Shown here: one piece after another, positions 8,413 through 16,338 of the stretch | Layout of the letters: the number at the start of each line of letters is the position of its first letter | Numbering within the stretch: the stretch's first letter is position 1 | NCBI GenBank assembly: GCA_031367045.1 | Contig: JANLPD010000242.1 | Span: 1-22,962, forward strand | Length of the DNA: 22,962 bases | From: Frankiales bacterium | GTDB taxonomy: Bacteria; Actinomycetota; Actinomycetes; Mycobacteriales; SCTD01 | Direction of reading: 5' to 3' | Program-made: the position numbers and the translations under genes | Notes under the pieces: generated by a model | Told to the model about the DNA's origin: nothing | The model's input: only the letters and a program-made list of their open reading frames with translations | Database searches by the model: none

Positions 8413-8496
8413 GTCGAACCGTTGATGTCTTCGTCTTCGCCGTGTCGGGTCGGGTTGCCGCCGGGCCGGGGTCGTCGCCGGCCGGGTCGCCAGTGT

Positions 8497-8540
8497 GTCG
8501 GTTAGTCAGCGTGTCGGTTAGTCACCGTGTAGTCGGCCGG
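8497..8540. repeat. AT-rich direct repeats GTGTCGGTTAGTCA (x2, 16-bp period) + GTGTAGTCGG immediately upstream of the dehydratase gene
   Basis: Sequence 8497-8540: ccagtGTGTCGGTTAGTCAgcGTGTCGGTTAGTCAccGTGTAGTCGG. The TTAGTCA core stands out in the about 72% GC background. Confidence 0.6.
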
Positions 8541-8545
8541 CCGGG

Positions 8546-8830
8546 GTGAGGTCGCTCCTGTCCGATGCCGAGGTCGACGCGTGGGTGGACGCGCACCCCG
8601 ACTGGTCCGGCGACACCTCCTCCCTGCGGCGAACCGTTGTCTGCCCGTCGTTCCGGGACGTGTTGGCCTTGGTCAACGCGATCGCTGCTGTCGCGGAGCG
8701 GCGAAACCACCACCCCGACATGACGATCCGCTGGAAGACGCTGCACTTCGTGCTCTCGACCCACGACCGAGGTGGTGTGACGGACTGGGACACGGCGCTG
8801 GCCGAGGAGATCGAGGCGCTCCTGCCCTGA
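8546..8830 (+). CDS. phhB: Pterin-4a-carbinolamine dehydratase (PCD/DCoH family)
   Basis: 94 aa. Motifs W...SLRRTVVCPSF...ALVNAIAAVAERRNHHPDMTIRWKTLHFVLSTHD match the PCD fold (HHPD...W core). GTG start. No phenylalanine hydroxylase nearby. Confidence 0.75.
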   Translation: MRSLLSDAEVDAWVDAHPDWSGDTSSLRRTVVCPSFRDVLALVNAIAAVAERRNHHPDMTIRWKTLHFVLSTHDRGGVTDWDTALAEEIEALLP

Positions 8831-8851
8831 GGGCGGCCCTGCATGATCGGG

Positions 8852-8897
8852 GCCGCTGATCACGGTTTCGCAACCCTCGGCAGCCGTGATCTTCGGC
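8852..8897. repeat. Imperfect 14-bp inverted repeat (GCCGCTGATCACGG / CCGTGATCTTCGGC) with about 18-nt spacer between convergent genes
   Basis: Arms at 8852-8865 and 8884-8897, 12/14 complementary. Lies between the dehydratase (+) stop and the TIGR00300 (-) stop. Candidate bidirectional terminator-like hairpin or protein-binding site. No U-tract. Confidence 0.35.
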
Positions 8898-8944
8898 CCT
8901 GATCTTGCTGGGCGGGCTCTGCCAGGCTGGGCCGCGGCGTGGGC

Positions 8945-10180
8945 TCAGGTGGAAGTGAAACCCGGGACGAGCTCGCGGGCGAGCTGCTCGAGGAAGAGCC
9001 CGATGTCGGTGACGATGCCGACTGCCTGGGACGAGCCGCGGTCGGCCAGCTTGGTGACGGTGGCCGGGTTGATGTCCACGCTGACCAGAGGGACCGAGGC
9101 CGGCAGCAGGTTGCCGGTCGCGATGGAGTGCAGCATCGTGGCAACCATGATTGCGAAACCGACGCCCGGCAGCTGGGCGCGCATCGCCCGCTGACCCTCG
9201 ATGACGTCGGTGTAGACGTCCGGCAAGGGACCGTCGTCGCGCACCGAGCCGACGAGCACGAACTGCTTGTGGTGCGTCACGAGCGCGTGCATGATGCCAC
9301 CGGTCAGGACGCCCTGCTCGACCGCAGCGGCGATGGAGCCGCAGCGCCGGATCGTGTTGATCGCACGGATGTGGTGCTCGTGGCCGTGCTCGACGCCCCT
9401 GCCCTGCGCGAGGTCGACGCCGAGCGAGGTGCCGTAGAGCGCGGCCTCGATGTCGTGGGTGGCGAGCGCATTGCCGGCGAACAGCACGTCGACAAAGCCG
9501 TTCTCGACGAGGGTCGTGAAGGCGGGCGCCGCGCCGGTGTGGACGATACCCGGGCCGCCGACCCACAGGATGCGGCCGCGCTCGCCCTTGACCTCGCGCA
9601 TGCGCTGCGCGATCTGGCGCACCAGGAGGGCCTGCGGTTTCTCCGAGGACACGGCCGAGGACATGAACTCGAACGAGCTGGCGGAGGCGGAGTGCTCGCG
9701 CGGCGGTAGGACGACCTTGACGCCGGACGCGCCGCAGACGACCTGCTCGCCCTTTTTGATGTCTGAGACGGGGACCGTGTGGACCCGGCCAGGCGCGTAC
9801 AGGACAAGACCGCAGTCCATCTCGGGCTGCTCGACCGGGACCCACTGGCCACCGAGGCGTACGACTGTCTCGAGGTTGGTGGTGGAGTAGAAGTCGTCGG
9901 GGAAGACCCCGTCGGCATCGACCTCGCGCAGGACGGCCTCGCCGGGGTCCACCTGGTTGACGCCGTGGATCTGCAACCGCATCAGCAGCCGCTGAAGCGC
10001 CTCCCCGTCGTCCGCGCTGACGGTGATCTGGGCGCGGGACTCGTCGTCGTGGGCGCGCCCGACGTCGAGCCGCTCGATGACGTAGTCGCCGCCGTAGCTG
10101 AGGACGTCATCGAGGATCGAGGCGAGGATCCCCGAGTCCATCAGGTGCCCTACGACCTCGACGGGCTCACTGGCCGGCAC
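8945..10180 (-). CDS. TIGR00300-family protein (LOR/SDH-like; homolog of archaeal ornithine cyclodeaminase / ArgZ C-terminal domain)
   Basis: 411 aa. GTG start with AAGGAGA Shine-Dalgarno 5 nt upstream. Conserved segments HLMDSGIL, WVGGPGIVHTGAAP, GNALATHDIEAALYGTSLG and HSIATGNLLP are recalled as typical of this family. Family assignment is from memory, not a search. Confidence 0.65.
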   Translation of the reverse strand: MPASEPVEVVGHLMDSGILASILDDVLSYGGDYVIERLDVGRAHDDESRAQITVSADDGEALQRLLMRLQIHGVNQVDPGEAVLREVDADGVFPDDFYSTTNLETVVRLGGQWVPVEQPEMDCGLVLYAPGRVHTVPVSDIKKGEQVVCGASGVKVVLPPREHSASASSFEFMSSAVSSEKPQALLVRQIAQRMREVKGERGRILWVGGPGIVHTGAAPAFTTLVENGFVDVLFAGNALATHDIEAALYGTSLGVDLAQGRGVEHGHEHHIRAINTIRRCGSIAAAVEQGVLTGGIMHALVTHHKQFVLVGSVRDDGPLPDVYTDVIEGQRAMRAQLPGVGFAIMVATMLHSIATGNLLPASVPLVSVDINPATVTKLADRGSSQAVGIVTDIGLFLEQLARELVPGFTST

Positions 10181-10204
10181 GCGCTCTCCTTGACGCTCAG
10201 GGAA

Positions 10205-11146
10205 CTACAGGACGGCCCCGTCGTCGGGGTCGTCGTCGGAAGCCTCCCGCATGGACCACACGAGCGAACCAGCACCCCCGACGAAGCACAAGATGCCCAC
10301 CAGTCCGAGGCCAGGGCTCTCATACAGGCCGAACACGTTGGGCGCGAAGGTCAGCAGCAGCCCTCCCACGATCGCCAGCACGCAGCCGACCGTCCGGGAC
10401 TGGAAGCGCGGGGCAGGAGGCGGCAACGGCGGCTCGAAATGGCCTTCGTCTTCCAGTGCGTCCGGCTCCAGCCAGCCCGGCAGGGCGCCCTCGCCCAGCG
10501 GTGGGTCGGTACGACGCCGCAGGCTGCGCCCACGGGCCTCGTCAGTCGGCGGGGTGGGCGCGCCCGGCGGAGCGGGCGCGGCTGGAGGGGCCGGCGGGGC
10601 CGGGAGGTCGGGCCGCCCCGCCGTCGGCTCGGAAAGGTCCTCCGAGACGGGCCACGGCGTGACCGGCGAACCGTAGTCGAGATCGAAGCCCTCGATGATC
10701 TGGCGAAACAGCGCGTCGTCATCCAGCGGTGGCTCTGGGGCGACCGGTTTCACGACGCGGTCGGGCAGGTCCGGTGGCGCCAGCACCCGTGCGGCGGCGG
10801 CGCCGGGGACGGCCTGTACGAAGCCGTGCGCGTTGGCGGTCGGGTCCTCCTCGGCCAGCAGCGCAGTCAGGTCCGCGACCTCGGCGGTGACGACGGCCCT
10901 GGCGTCGTCGGCGCGGGAGGGATCCACCCAGAGGCGGTCCATCGGACGCTTGGGCAGCAGGACCGCGCGCGAGGCCGGGTCAGCGGTGCCCCCGGCCGGC
11001 TCGACGTAGGCCGCGACACCTGCGGCCGCGAGCCGGTCCAGCAGCGCCTCGGACAATCTCGGGTCGACGTCGACCAGCGCGCCCCACTCCGCTGCCGGGA
11101 GCCCGTTGGCGCGCCGGCCGCCGGGCGGCGAGGCAGAGGAGGTCAT
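10205..11146 (-). CDS. Proline-rich protein with C-terminal double-TM region (conserved hypothetical)
   Basis: Likely start is ATG at 11146 (MTSSASPPGG...), 4 nt after the hydrolase stop. The track start at 11191 would overlap the hydrolase by 40 nt. Acidic N-domain, PAPPAPPAAPAPPGAPTPP linker, and C-terminal hydrophobic segments VGCVLAIVGGLLLTF / LVGILCFVGGAGSLVW. Confidence 0.6.
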   Translation of the reverse strand: MTSSASPPGGRRANGLPAAEWGALVDVDPRLSEALLDRLAAAGVAAYVEPAGGTADPASRAVLLPKRPMDRLWVDPSRADDARAVVTAEVADLTALLAEEDPTANAHGFVQAVPGAAAARVLAPPDLPDRVVKPVAPEPPLDDDALFRQIIEGFDLDYGSPVTPWPVSEDLSEPTAGRPDLPAPPAPPAAPAPPGAPTPPTDEARGRSLRRRTDPPLGEGALPGWLEPDALEDEGHFEPPLPPPAPRFQSRTVGCVLAIVGGLLLTFAPNVFGLYESPGLGLVGILCFVGGAGSLVWSMREASDDDPDDGAVL

Positions 11147-11150
11147 CGAC

Positions 11151-11912
11151 CTAGCCGGCAGCGGCCGGAGCGTGGGCCCGCACGAAGGCAAGGCTGCCCT
11201 CGAAGATCGCCGGGGCGTCGTTGTCGAGGGTGGCGACGTGGTAGCTGTCTTTTAGGATGCGTTCCTCGACGGTGCCACCGGCGAGCCCCTGGAGGAGCAG
11301 CTGGCCGGAGACCGGCTCGACAACGTGGTCGACAAGGCTGCGGAAGGCGAGTACCGGTGCGGTGATCTTGTCCAGGTCGGTCCGCACGACCGGCCAGGCC
11401 TGCTGCAGCGAGTGGGCCGCCTTGAGCGGGAGCTTGGAGTAGGCCAGCTCGGTGACGCCCGGCTTGTTGATGTCGCTGCTGATCCCCGGCATTGCCGGGA
11501 TGACGTACTTCAGCAGCGGCAGGAGCTTGGCGTCCGTTCGCTCGGTGGTCAGGGAGGCGTTGACGACCACCACGCCGGCCACCTCGGCGGCGCGCTGCTC
11601 CGCCAGGCGCAAGGCGATCGTGCCGCCCATCGACAGGCCCATCACGAAGACGGTGGAGCAGCGCGACAGCAGGTCGTCGAAGGCCTTCTCGGCGGCGCCG
11701 TACCAGTCCGACCAGCCGGTCTGGTTCAGGTCCTGCCAGCGGGTGCCGTGGCCGGGGAGCAGCGGCGCCACGACGGTGAGGCCGGCCCTGTGCAGATGCT
11801 CGGCCCAGTCCCGGATCGACTGGGGACAGCCGGTGAGCCCGTGGCTGATCAGCACGCCGACGGGACCGCCTGGCAGGTCGAGCGGCTCGGCGCCGGGCAG
11901 CAGGGCAGTCAT
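11151..11912 (-). CDS. Alpha/beta-fold hydrolase (carboxylesterase/lysophospholipase-like)
   Basis: 253 aa. HGLTGCP oxyanion region, nucleophile elbow GLSMGG, and a C-terminal D/H region (KDSYHVATLD). Confidence 0.8.
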   Translation of the reverse strand: MTALLPGAEPLDLPGGPVGVLISHGLTGCPQSIRDWAEHLHRAGLTVVAPLLPGHGTRWQDLNQTGWSDWYGAAEKAFDDLLSRCSTVFVMGLSMGGTIALRLAEQRAAEVAGVVVVNASLTTERTDAKLLPLLKYVIPAMPGISSDINKPGVTELAYSKLPLKAAHSLQQAWPVVRTDLDKITAPVLAFRSLVDHVVEPVSGQLLLQGLAGGTVEERILKDSYHVATLDNDAPAIFEGSLAFVRAHAPAAAG

Positions 11913-12046
11913 GCGGGCGGCTCCTCGAGGACGCTCTGGGTTGCCTCATCGTCGCACGCGCAAGGCGACCGTTGCTCCGCCTGGCGCTGCCGCCTAGGGT
12001 CTGGTTCGGGAGACGCGGCTCATCCGCGGAGGCAGGAGGCGCGACC

Positions 12047-12784
12047 GTGCTCTACTGGGTGGTCAAGATGATCTTGACGCCGATCCTGCGGATGGTGTTC
12101 CGGCCCTGGGTCGAGGGTGCCGAGCACCTGCCCGACGAGGGCGCGGCGATCCTCGCCAGCAACCACCTGTCGTTCTCCGACTCGATCTTCCTGCCGCTCG
12201 TGGTGCCCCGCAAGATCACCTTCCTGGCCAAGGCCGACTACTTCACCGGCAAGGGCGTCAAAGGCCGGCTCACCAAGAGCTTCTTCACCCGCGTCGGCCA
12301 GGTGCCGATCGACCGCAGCGGTGGGGTGGCCTCCGAGGCCGCGCTGCGCACTGCCAAGCGGATCCTGGCCGAAGGCAAGCTGCTGGGGCTTTACCCCGAG
12401 GGCACCCGCAGCCCGGACGGCCGTCTCTACCGCGGCAAGACCGGCGTGGCGCGGATGGCCCTGGAGGCGGGCGTCCCGGTTATCCCCGTCGCCATGATCA
12501 ACACCGATGTCGTGCAGCCGACCGGGAAGAAGATCCCCAATATCGGTCGGGTCGGCGTCCGCATCGGCAAGCCGCTGGACTTCAGCCGCTATGCCGGCAT
12601 GGAGGGCGACCGCTTCGTCCTGCGCTCCATCACCGACGAGATCATGTACGAGCTGATGGTGCTGTCCGGCCAGGAGTACGTCGACCAGTACGCCACCAAG
12701 GCGAAGGCCGATCTCGAGGTCGCCAGGGTCGCCGCCACCGAGGCGCTCGTCTCCGACGCGCCGCGCCAGCGCCGCGCCAGCTAG
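12047..12784 (+). CDS. plsC: 1-acyl-sn-glycerol-3-phosphate acyltransferase (PlsC/LPLAT family, Rv2182c-like)
   Basis: NHLSFSDS is the HX4D-type acyltransferase motif I (variant), FTRVGQVPIDR motif II, YPEGTRS motif III, and VPVIPVA motif IV. GTG start at 12047 with GGAGG 12 nt upstream. The track ORF extends back to 11972. Confidence 0.85.
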   Translation: MLYWVVKMILTPILRMVFRPWVEGAEHLPDEGAAILASNHLSFSDSIFLPLVVPRKITFLAKADYFTGKGVKGRLTKSFFTRVGQVPIDRSGGVASEAALRTAKRILAEGKLLGLYPEGTRSPDGRLYRGKTGVARMALEAGVPVIPVAMINTDVVQPTGKKIPNIGRVGVRIGKPLDFSRYAGMEGDRFVLRSITDEIMYELMVLSGQEYVDQYATKAKADLEVARVAATEALVSDAPRQRRAS

Positions 12785-12796
12785 CCGACCTCCGCT

Positions 12797-13870
12797 TTGA
12801 GGCTCGACACGGCGCTGTGGCGGGCCCTGGCCCTCTACCGCTTCGCCGCCCTCGTCTACGCGGCCGCATCGATGGCCGCGCACCGCTCGACCTACCACCG
12901 GCCGGGGCTCGGCCTCGCTGTCCTGGCCCTGATGGCGCTCTGGACCTTGCTGACCACCCTGGCGTACGACGGCAACCGTCGCCCAGGCTGGCCGCTGCTC
13001 GTCACGGACCTCGCCGTGACCGTCGCGGCCCAGCTCAGCTCGGTGCTCATCCTGACGGCCGGGGGCATCCGGGCCGGCGACCCGACCGTCACCGTCTCCT
13101 GGGCCGCGGCCCCGGTCCTGGTGTGGGCAGTCTGGGGCGGCCCCCTCGGCGGCGTGGTGGCCGCGGCCGTCGTGTCGGTGGGGGCGGTGGTCGAACGCGG
13201 GTCGGTGTCGCAGGCGACGACCGACAGCATCGTGCTGCTCCTGCTGGCCGGCGGGGTCGTCGGCTACCTCGTCCGGATCGGGCGGCGGGCGGAGTCGGCG
13301 TACGCCGGCGTCGTGCGTCTGCAGGCCGCTGCGCAGGAGCGGGAGCGGCTGGCGCGCAGCGTGCACGATGGCGTCCTGCAAGCCCTTGCCCTGGTCAGCC
13401 GGACCTCTAAGGACCCGGCCCTCGCCGACCTTGCCGCGAGCCAGGGGAGCGCGCTGCGCCGGCTGGTGTCCGGTCCGGCCGAGCCGCTGCCCATCGGGGA
13501 GCTCGACCTGCTCGGGCTGATGCCTACCGGCAGCGACGTGGAGCTCGCGGCACCCGCCGGGGCTGTCCTGCTGCCGTCCGCGGTCGCCATGGAGCTGGCA
13601 GCGGCGGTGGCGGCCGCCGTCGACAACGCCCGCCAGCATGCCGGCGGGTGCGTCTGGCTGCTCGTAGAGGACGAGGCGGACGCGGTCACCGTGACGGTCC
13701 GCGATGAGGGGCCCGGGATCGCCGCCGGGCGGCTCGAGCAGGCCGAGCAGCAGGGCCGGCTCGGCGTGGCGCGCTCGGTGCGCGGACGGCTCGCCGACCT
13801 GGGTGGCAGCGTGGCGGTCCACAGCACTGCAGAGACCGGGACGGAGATGGAGCTGCGTGTCCCCCGATGA
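12797..13870 (+). CDS. Sensor histidine kinase, HisKA_3/HATPase_c with N-terminal multi-TM (DUF5931-like) domain; MacS-like
   Basis: About 5 TM helices in the first 190 aa. H-box ERERLARSVHDGVLQALALV (HisKA_3). ATPase region VDNARQHAG...VRDEGPGI...GRLGVARSVRGRLADLGG. TTG start. Overlaps the response-regulator gene by 14 nt. Confidence 0.85.
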   Translation: MRLDTALWRALALYRFAALVYAAASMAAHRSTYHRPGLGLAVLALMALWTLLTTLAYDGNRRPGWPLLVTDLAVTVAAQLSSVLILTAGGIRAGDPTVTVSWAAAPVLVWAVWGGPLGGVVAAAVVSVGAVVERGSVSQATTDSIVLLLLAGGVVGYLVRIGRRAESAYAGVVRLQAAAQERERLARSVHDGVLQALALVSRTSKDPALADLAASQGSALRRLVSGPAEPLPIGELDLLGLMPTGSDVELAAPAGAVLLPSAVAMELAAAVAAAVDNARQHAGGCVWLLVEDEADAVTVTVRDEGPGIAAGRLEQAEQQGRLGVARSVRGRLADLGGSVAVHSTAETGTEMELRVPR

Positions 13871-14501
13871 GCGGGCACCCGTCACGGTGGTCGTCGCTGA
13901 TGACCACCCGATCTGGCGCGACGCGGTCGAACGCGACCTGGTCGCCGCCGGCTTCCGCGTCGTCGGCGTCGCGGGGGACGGCGACAAGGCGGTCCGCGTG
14001 TGTGCGGCGACCCACCCGGACGCGCTCGTCTGCGACCTGCAGATGCCGGGCCGCTCCGGCGTCGAGGTGACCCGGGCGGTCGCGCCCACGGGGGTGAAGG
14101 TCCTGGTGCTGTCAGCGAGCGGCGAGCAGGCCGATGTCCTGGAGGCGGTGAAGGCCGGGGCAACCGGCTATCTGGTGAAGTCCGCTGGCGCGGCCGAGCT
14201 CGTCGCCGCAGTCCACAAGACGGCAGCCGGTGAGGCGGTGTTCACCGCCGGACTGGCTGGCCTCGTGCTGGGGGAGTACCGCCGCACGGAGGCCGACGAC
14301 GGGGCACCGAGGCTGACCCCGAGGGAGACCGAAATCCTTCGGCTGGTGGCCAAGGGGCTGACCGCCAAGCAGACCGCCGAGCGCCTCGGGCTGAGCCACC
14401 GCACGGTGGAGAACCACGTGCAGAGCACGCTGTCCAAGCTGCAGCTGCACAACCGGGCCCAGCTGGTCCGGTACGCCGTCGAGAGCGGGCTGGCGGAGTA
14501 A
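13857..14501 (+). CDS. LuxR/NarL-family response regulator (REC + HTH), MacR-like
   Basis: GTG start at 13857 giving VSPDERAPVTVVVADDHPIWRDAV (REC domain; phosphoacceptor D in ALVCDLQMPG). C-terminal LTPRETEILRLVAKGLTAKQTAERLGLSHRTVENHV LuxR-type HTH. Confidence 0.9.
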   Translation: MSPDERAPVTVVVADDHPIWRDAVERDLVAAGFRVVGVAGDGDKAVRVCAATHPDALVCDLQMPGRSGVEVTRAVAPTGVKVLVLSASGEQADVLEAVKAGATGYLVKSAGAAELVAAVHKTAAGEAVFTAGLAGLVLGEYRRTEADDGAPRLTPRETEILRLVAKGLTAKQTAERLGLSHRTVENHVQSTLSKLQLHNRAQLVRYAVESGLAE

Positions 14502-14555
14502 GGACGTCAGCGCCCTGGCGGATACTGAAGACATGGCAACCCGGACCGGTGCTCG

Positions 14556-14795
14556 ATGAGCTCAGCGGCGCTGGTCGGCAAGCTCGGGACGGTCACCACC
14601 CGCGTGCGCGGCGGCGACAAGGCCGGCGAGGTGCGCGTGGTGGTCGAAGGAGTCCCGCACTTCTACCTCGGTTTCGCGCCCGCCGAGATCGCTGTCGGGA
14701 CCCAGGTCCTGATCATCGGGTTGCGCGGCGCCCGTCAGATCGTCGTCGAGCCCTGGACCCAGCCCGATCTCACCGCCCCACCCACCCCGTCGTAG
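14556..14795 (+). CDS. Short NfeD-like (OB-fold) protein, partner of SPFH/flotillin
   Basis: 79 aa consisting only of the beta-barrel segment (GKLGTVTTRVRGGDKAGEVRVVVEG...VGTQVLIIGLRGARQIVV). Sits 13 nt upstream of the flotillin gene. No membrane-spanning N-domain. Confidence 0.7.
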   Translation: MSSAALVGKLGTVTTRVRGGDKAGEVRVVVEGVPHFYLGFAPAEIAVGTQVLIIGLRGARQIVVEPWTQPDLTAPPTPS

Positions 14796-14807
14796 GAAAG
14801 AGCCACG

Positions 14808-15983
14808 ATGCTCGGTTACCGCGTTCCCGCTCCCAACGAGGCGTTGCTGATCAGTGGCCGCAAGCAGCGCGGCGCGGACGCGCTGCAGTTCAAGATCGTG
14901 ACCGGGCACGGCGTGTTCGTCATGCCCATCCTGTCGCGGGCCTCGACGTTGACGCTGGCAATGCAGGAGGCGGAGGTCGTCGAGGACTGCTTCACCCAGC
15001 AGGGCCTGACACTCGGGGTGTGTGCCGTCATCGCGTTCAAGGTTGGTGACGACCACGAGTCGATCGCGTCGGCGGCCAGGCGCTTCCAGGGTGACCAGTC
15101 GCAGATGTCGACCCTGGTCGGGCGGATCTTCTCGGGTCACCTTCGCTCGATCATCGGCTCGATGACCGTGGAGGCGATCATCCGCGAGCAGCAGACGCTC
15201 GGCGAGGCGATCCTGGACGCGAGCAAGTCCGAGATGGCCAAGATCGGTCTGGCCGTCGACTCGCTGCAGATCTCCTCCATCGACGACAAGGGTTCGGGCT
15301 ACATCAAGGCGCTCGCCGCGCCGCACCAGGCCGCGGTCAACCAGGCGGCCAAGATCGCGCAGGCAGCTGCCGACCAGGCGAGCGCGATGGCGCAGCAGGA
15401 GAGCGCCCGCAACCAGGCCGAGTACGCCCGGCAGACCGCAGTTGCCCAGGCCTCCTACCAGGCCGAGATCGACACCGCACAGCAGCGCGCCGCCCAGGCC
15501 GGGCCGCTCTCGGCGGCACAGGCCCAGCAGGCAGTGCTCACCGAGCAGGCGCTCGTCGCCCAGAAGAACGCCGAGCTGCGTGAGGCAGAGCTCATCGCCG
15601 AGGTCCTCAAGCCGGCCCAGGCGGAGGCCGCGCGGATCGTGATGCTCGCCGAGGCGGAGGCCCGCAGCACGGAGGTGTCCGCCATCGCTGCCGCCGCCCA
15701 GGGCCGGATCGCCCTCGACCAGCGCATCATCGAGCAGCTCCCCGAGATGCTCCGGGCCGCCGCCGAGGGCTTCCAGGGCGCCAACCTGACGGTGCTCAAC
15801 GGCGCCGACGGGATGAGCGGGATGGTTGCCTCGCTCGCCGGGCAGGGCCTCGCGCTGCTCGATGCCGTCCGATCCGGGGTGGCCGTCAAGGGCGTTGCCC
15901 AGGGCGCCGCAGGGCCCGAGCCGCTCGACCACGAGGGCAGGGCGGCCCTTGACCCCTCCGCCGCCGACGGTATTGGATGCTGA
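14808..15983 (+). CDS. Flotillin-like SPFH (band 7) domain protein
   Basis: 391 aa. The SPFH domain starts directly at the N-terminus (no TM hairpin). Long A/Q/E-rich coiled-coil 'flotillin' region (AQAAADQASAMAQQESARNQAEYARQTAVAQAS...). GGAAAGAG Shine-Dalgarno. Confidence 0.85.
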   Translation: MLGYRVPAPNEALLISGRKQRGADALQFKIVTGHGVFVMPILSRASTLTLAMQEAEVVEDCFTQQGLTLGVCAVIAFKVGDDHESIASAARRFQGDQSQMSTLVGRIFSGHLRSIIGSMTVEAIIREQQTLGEAILDASKSEMAKIGLAVDSLQISSIDDKGSGYIKALAAPHQAAVNQAAKIAQAAADQASAMAQQESARNQAEYARQTAVAQASYQAEIDTAQQRAAQAGPLSAAQAQQAVLTEQALVAQKNAELREAELIAEVLKPAQAEAARIVMLAEAEARSTEVSAIAAAAQGRIALDQRIIEQLPEMLRAAAEGFQGANLTVLNGADGMSGMVASLAGQGLALLDAVRSGVAVKGVAQGAAGPEPLDHEGRAALDPSAADGIGC

Positions 15984-16004
15984 TCTTCAAAAGGGAGGGT
16001 CACC

Positions 16005-16328
16005 ATGGCCAAATATTTGCTGAAAGTGTCCTACACCGCCGAGGGCATCAAAGGTCTGATGAAAGTTGGCGGAACCAGCCGGGTCGCCTCCGTGCAGGGA
16101 GCCCTCGCGGGCATCGGGGGGACGTTGGAGTCGTTGTACTTCGCGTTCGGTGACAGTGACGTCTATGCCGTCGCCGACCTACCCGACCATGCATCAGCAA
16201 TGGCGATGGCTGCGGCGCTCGCCTCGTCCGGGGCGATCAGCAAGTGCGAGACGGTGGTCTTGCTGTCTCTGGCCGAGGTTGACGCTGCGATGAACAAGGC
16301 CGTCGACTACCGCCCTCCCGGCTCGTAG
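16005..16328 (+). CDS. GYD-domain protein
   Basis: 107 aa. Strong Shine-Dalgarno AAGGGAGGG 6 nt upstream. N-terminal MAKYLLKVSYTAEGIKGL and central FAFGDSDVYAV match the GYD family pattern. Confidence 0.7.
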   Translation: MAKYLLKVSYTAEGIKGLMKVGGTSRVASVQGALAGIGGTLESLYFAFGDSDVYAVADLPDHASAMAMAAALASSGAISKCETVVLLSLAEVDAAMNKAVDYRPPGS

Positions 16329-16338
16329 CAGGCTGTCG

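Noticed and set aside
8673-9845. 390-aa minus-strand ORF and 8939..9709(+) ORF overlapping the TIGR00300 gene
   Set aside because: Alternative frames of a high-GC gene. The translations are Arg-rich junk, while the 8945..10180 frame gives conserved globular motifs.
9779-11365. 528-aa plus-strand ORF
   Set aside because: Antisense to two well-supported minus-strand genes, with a low-complexity G/R/D-rich translation.
12020-14089. 689-aa minus-strand ORF
   Set aside because: Antisense to the PlsC, sensor-kinase and response-regulator genes, all of which carry diagnostic motifs. The translation is G/R/D/P low-complexity.
14562-15932. 456-aa minus-strand ORF
   Set aside because: Antisense to the flotillin gene. 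G/L/R-rich with no recognisable domain.
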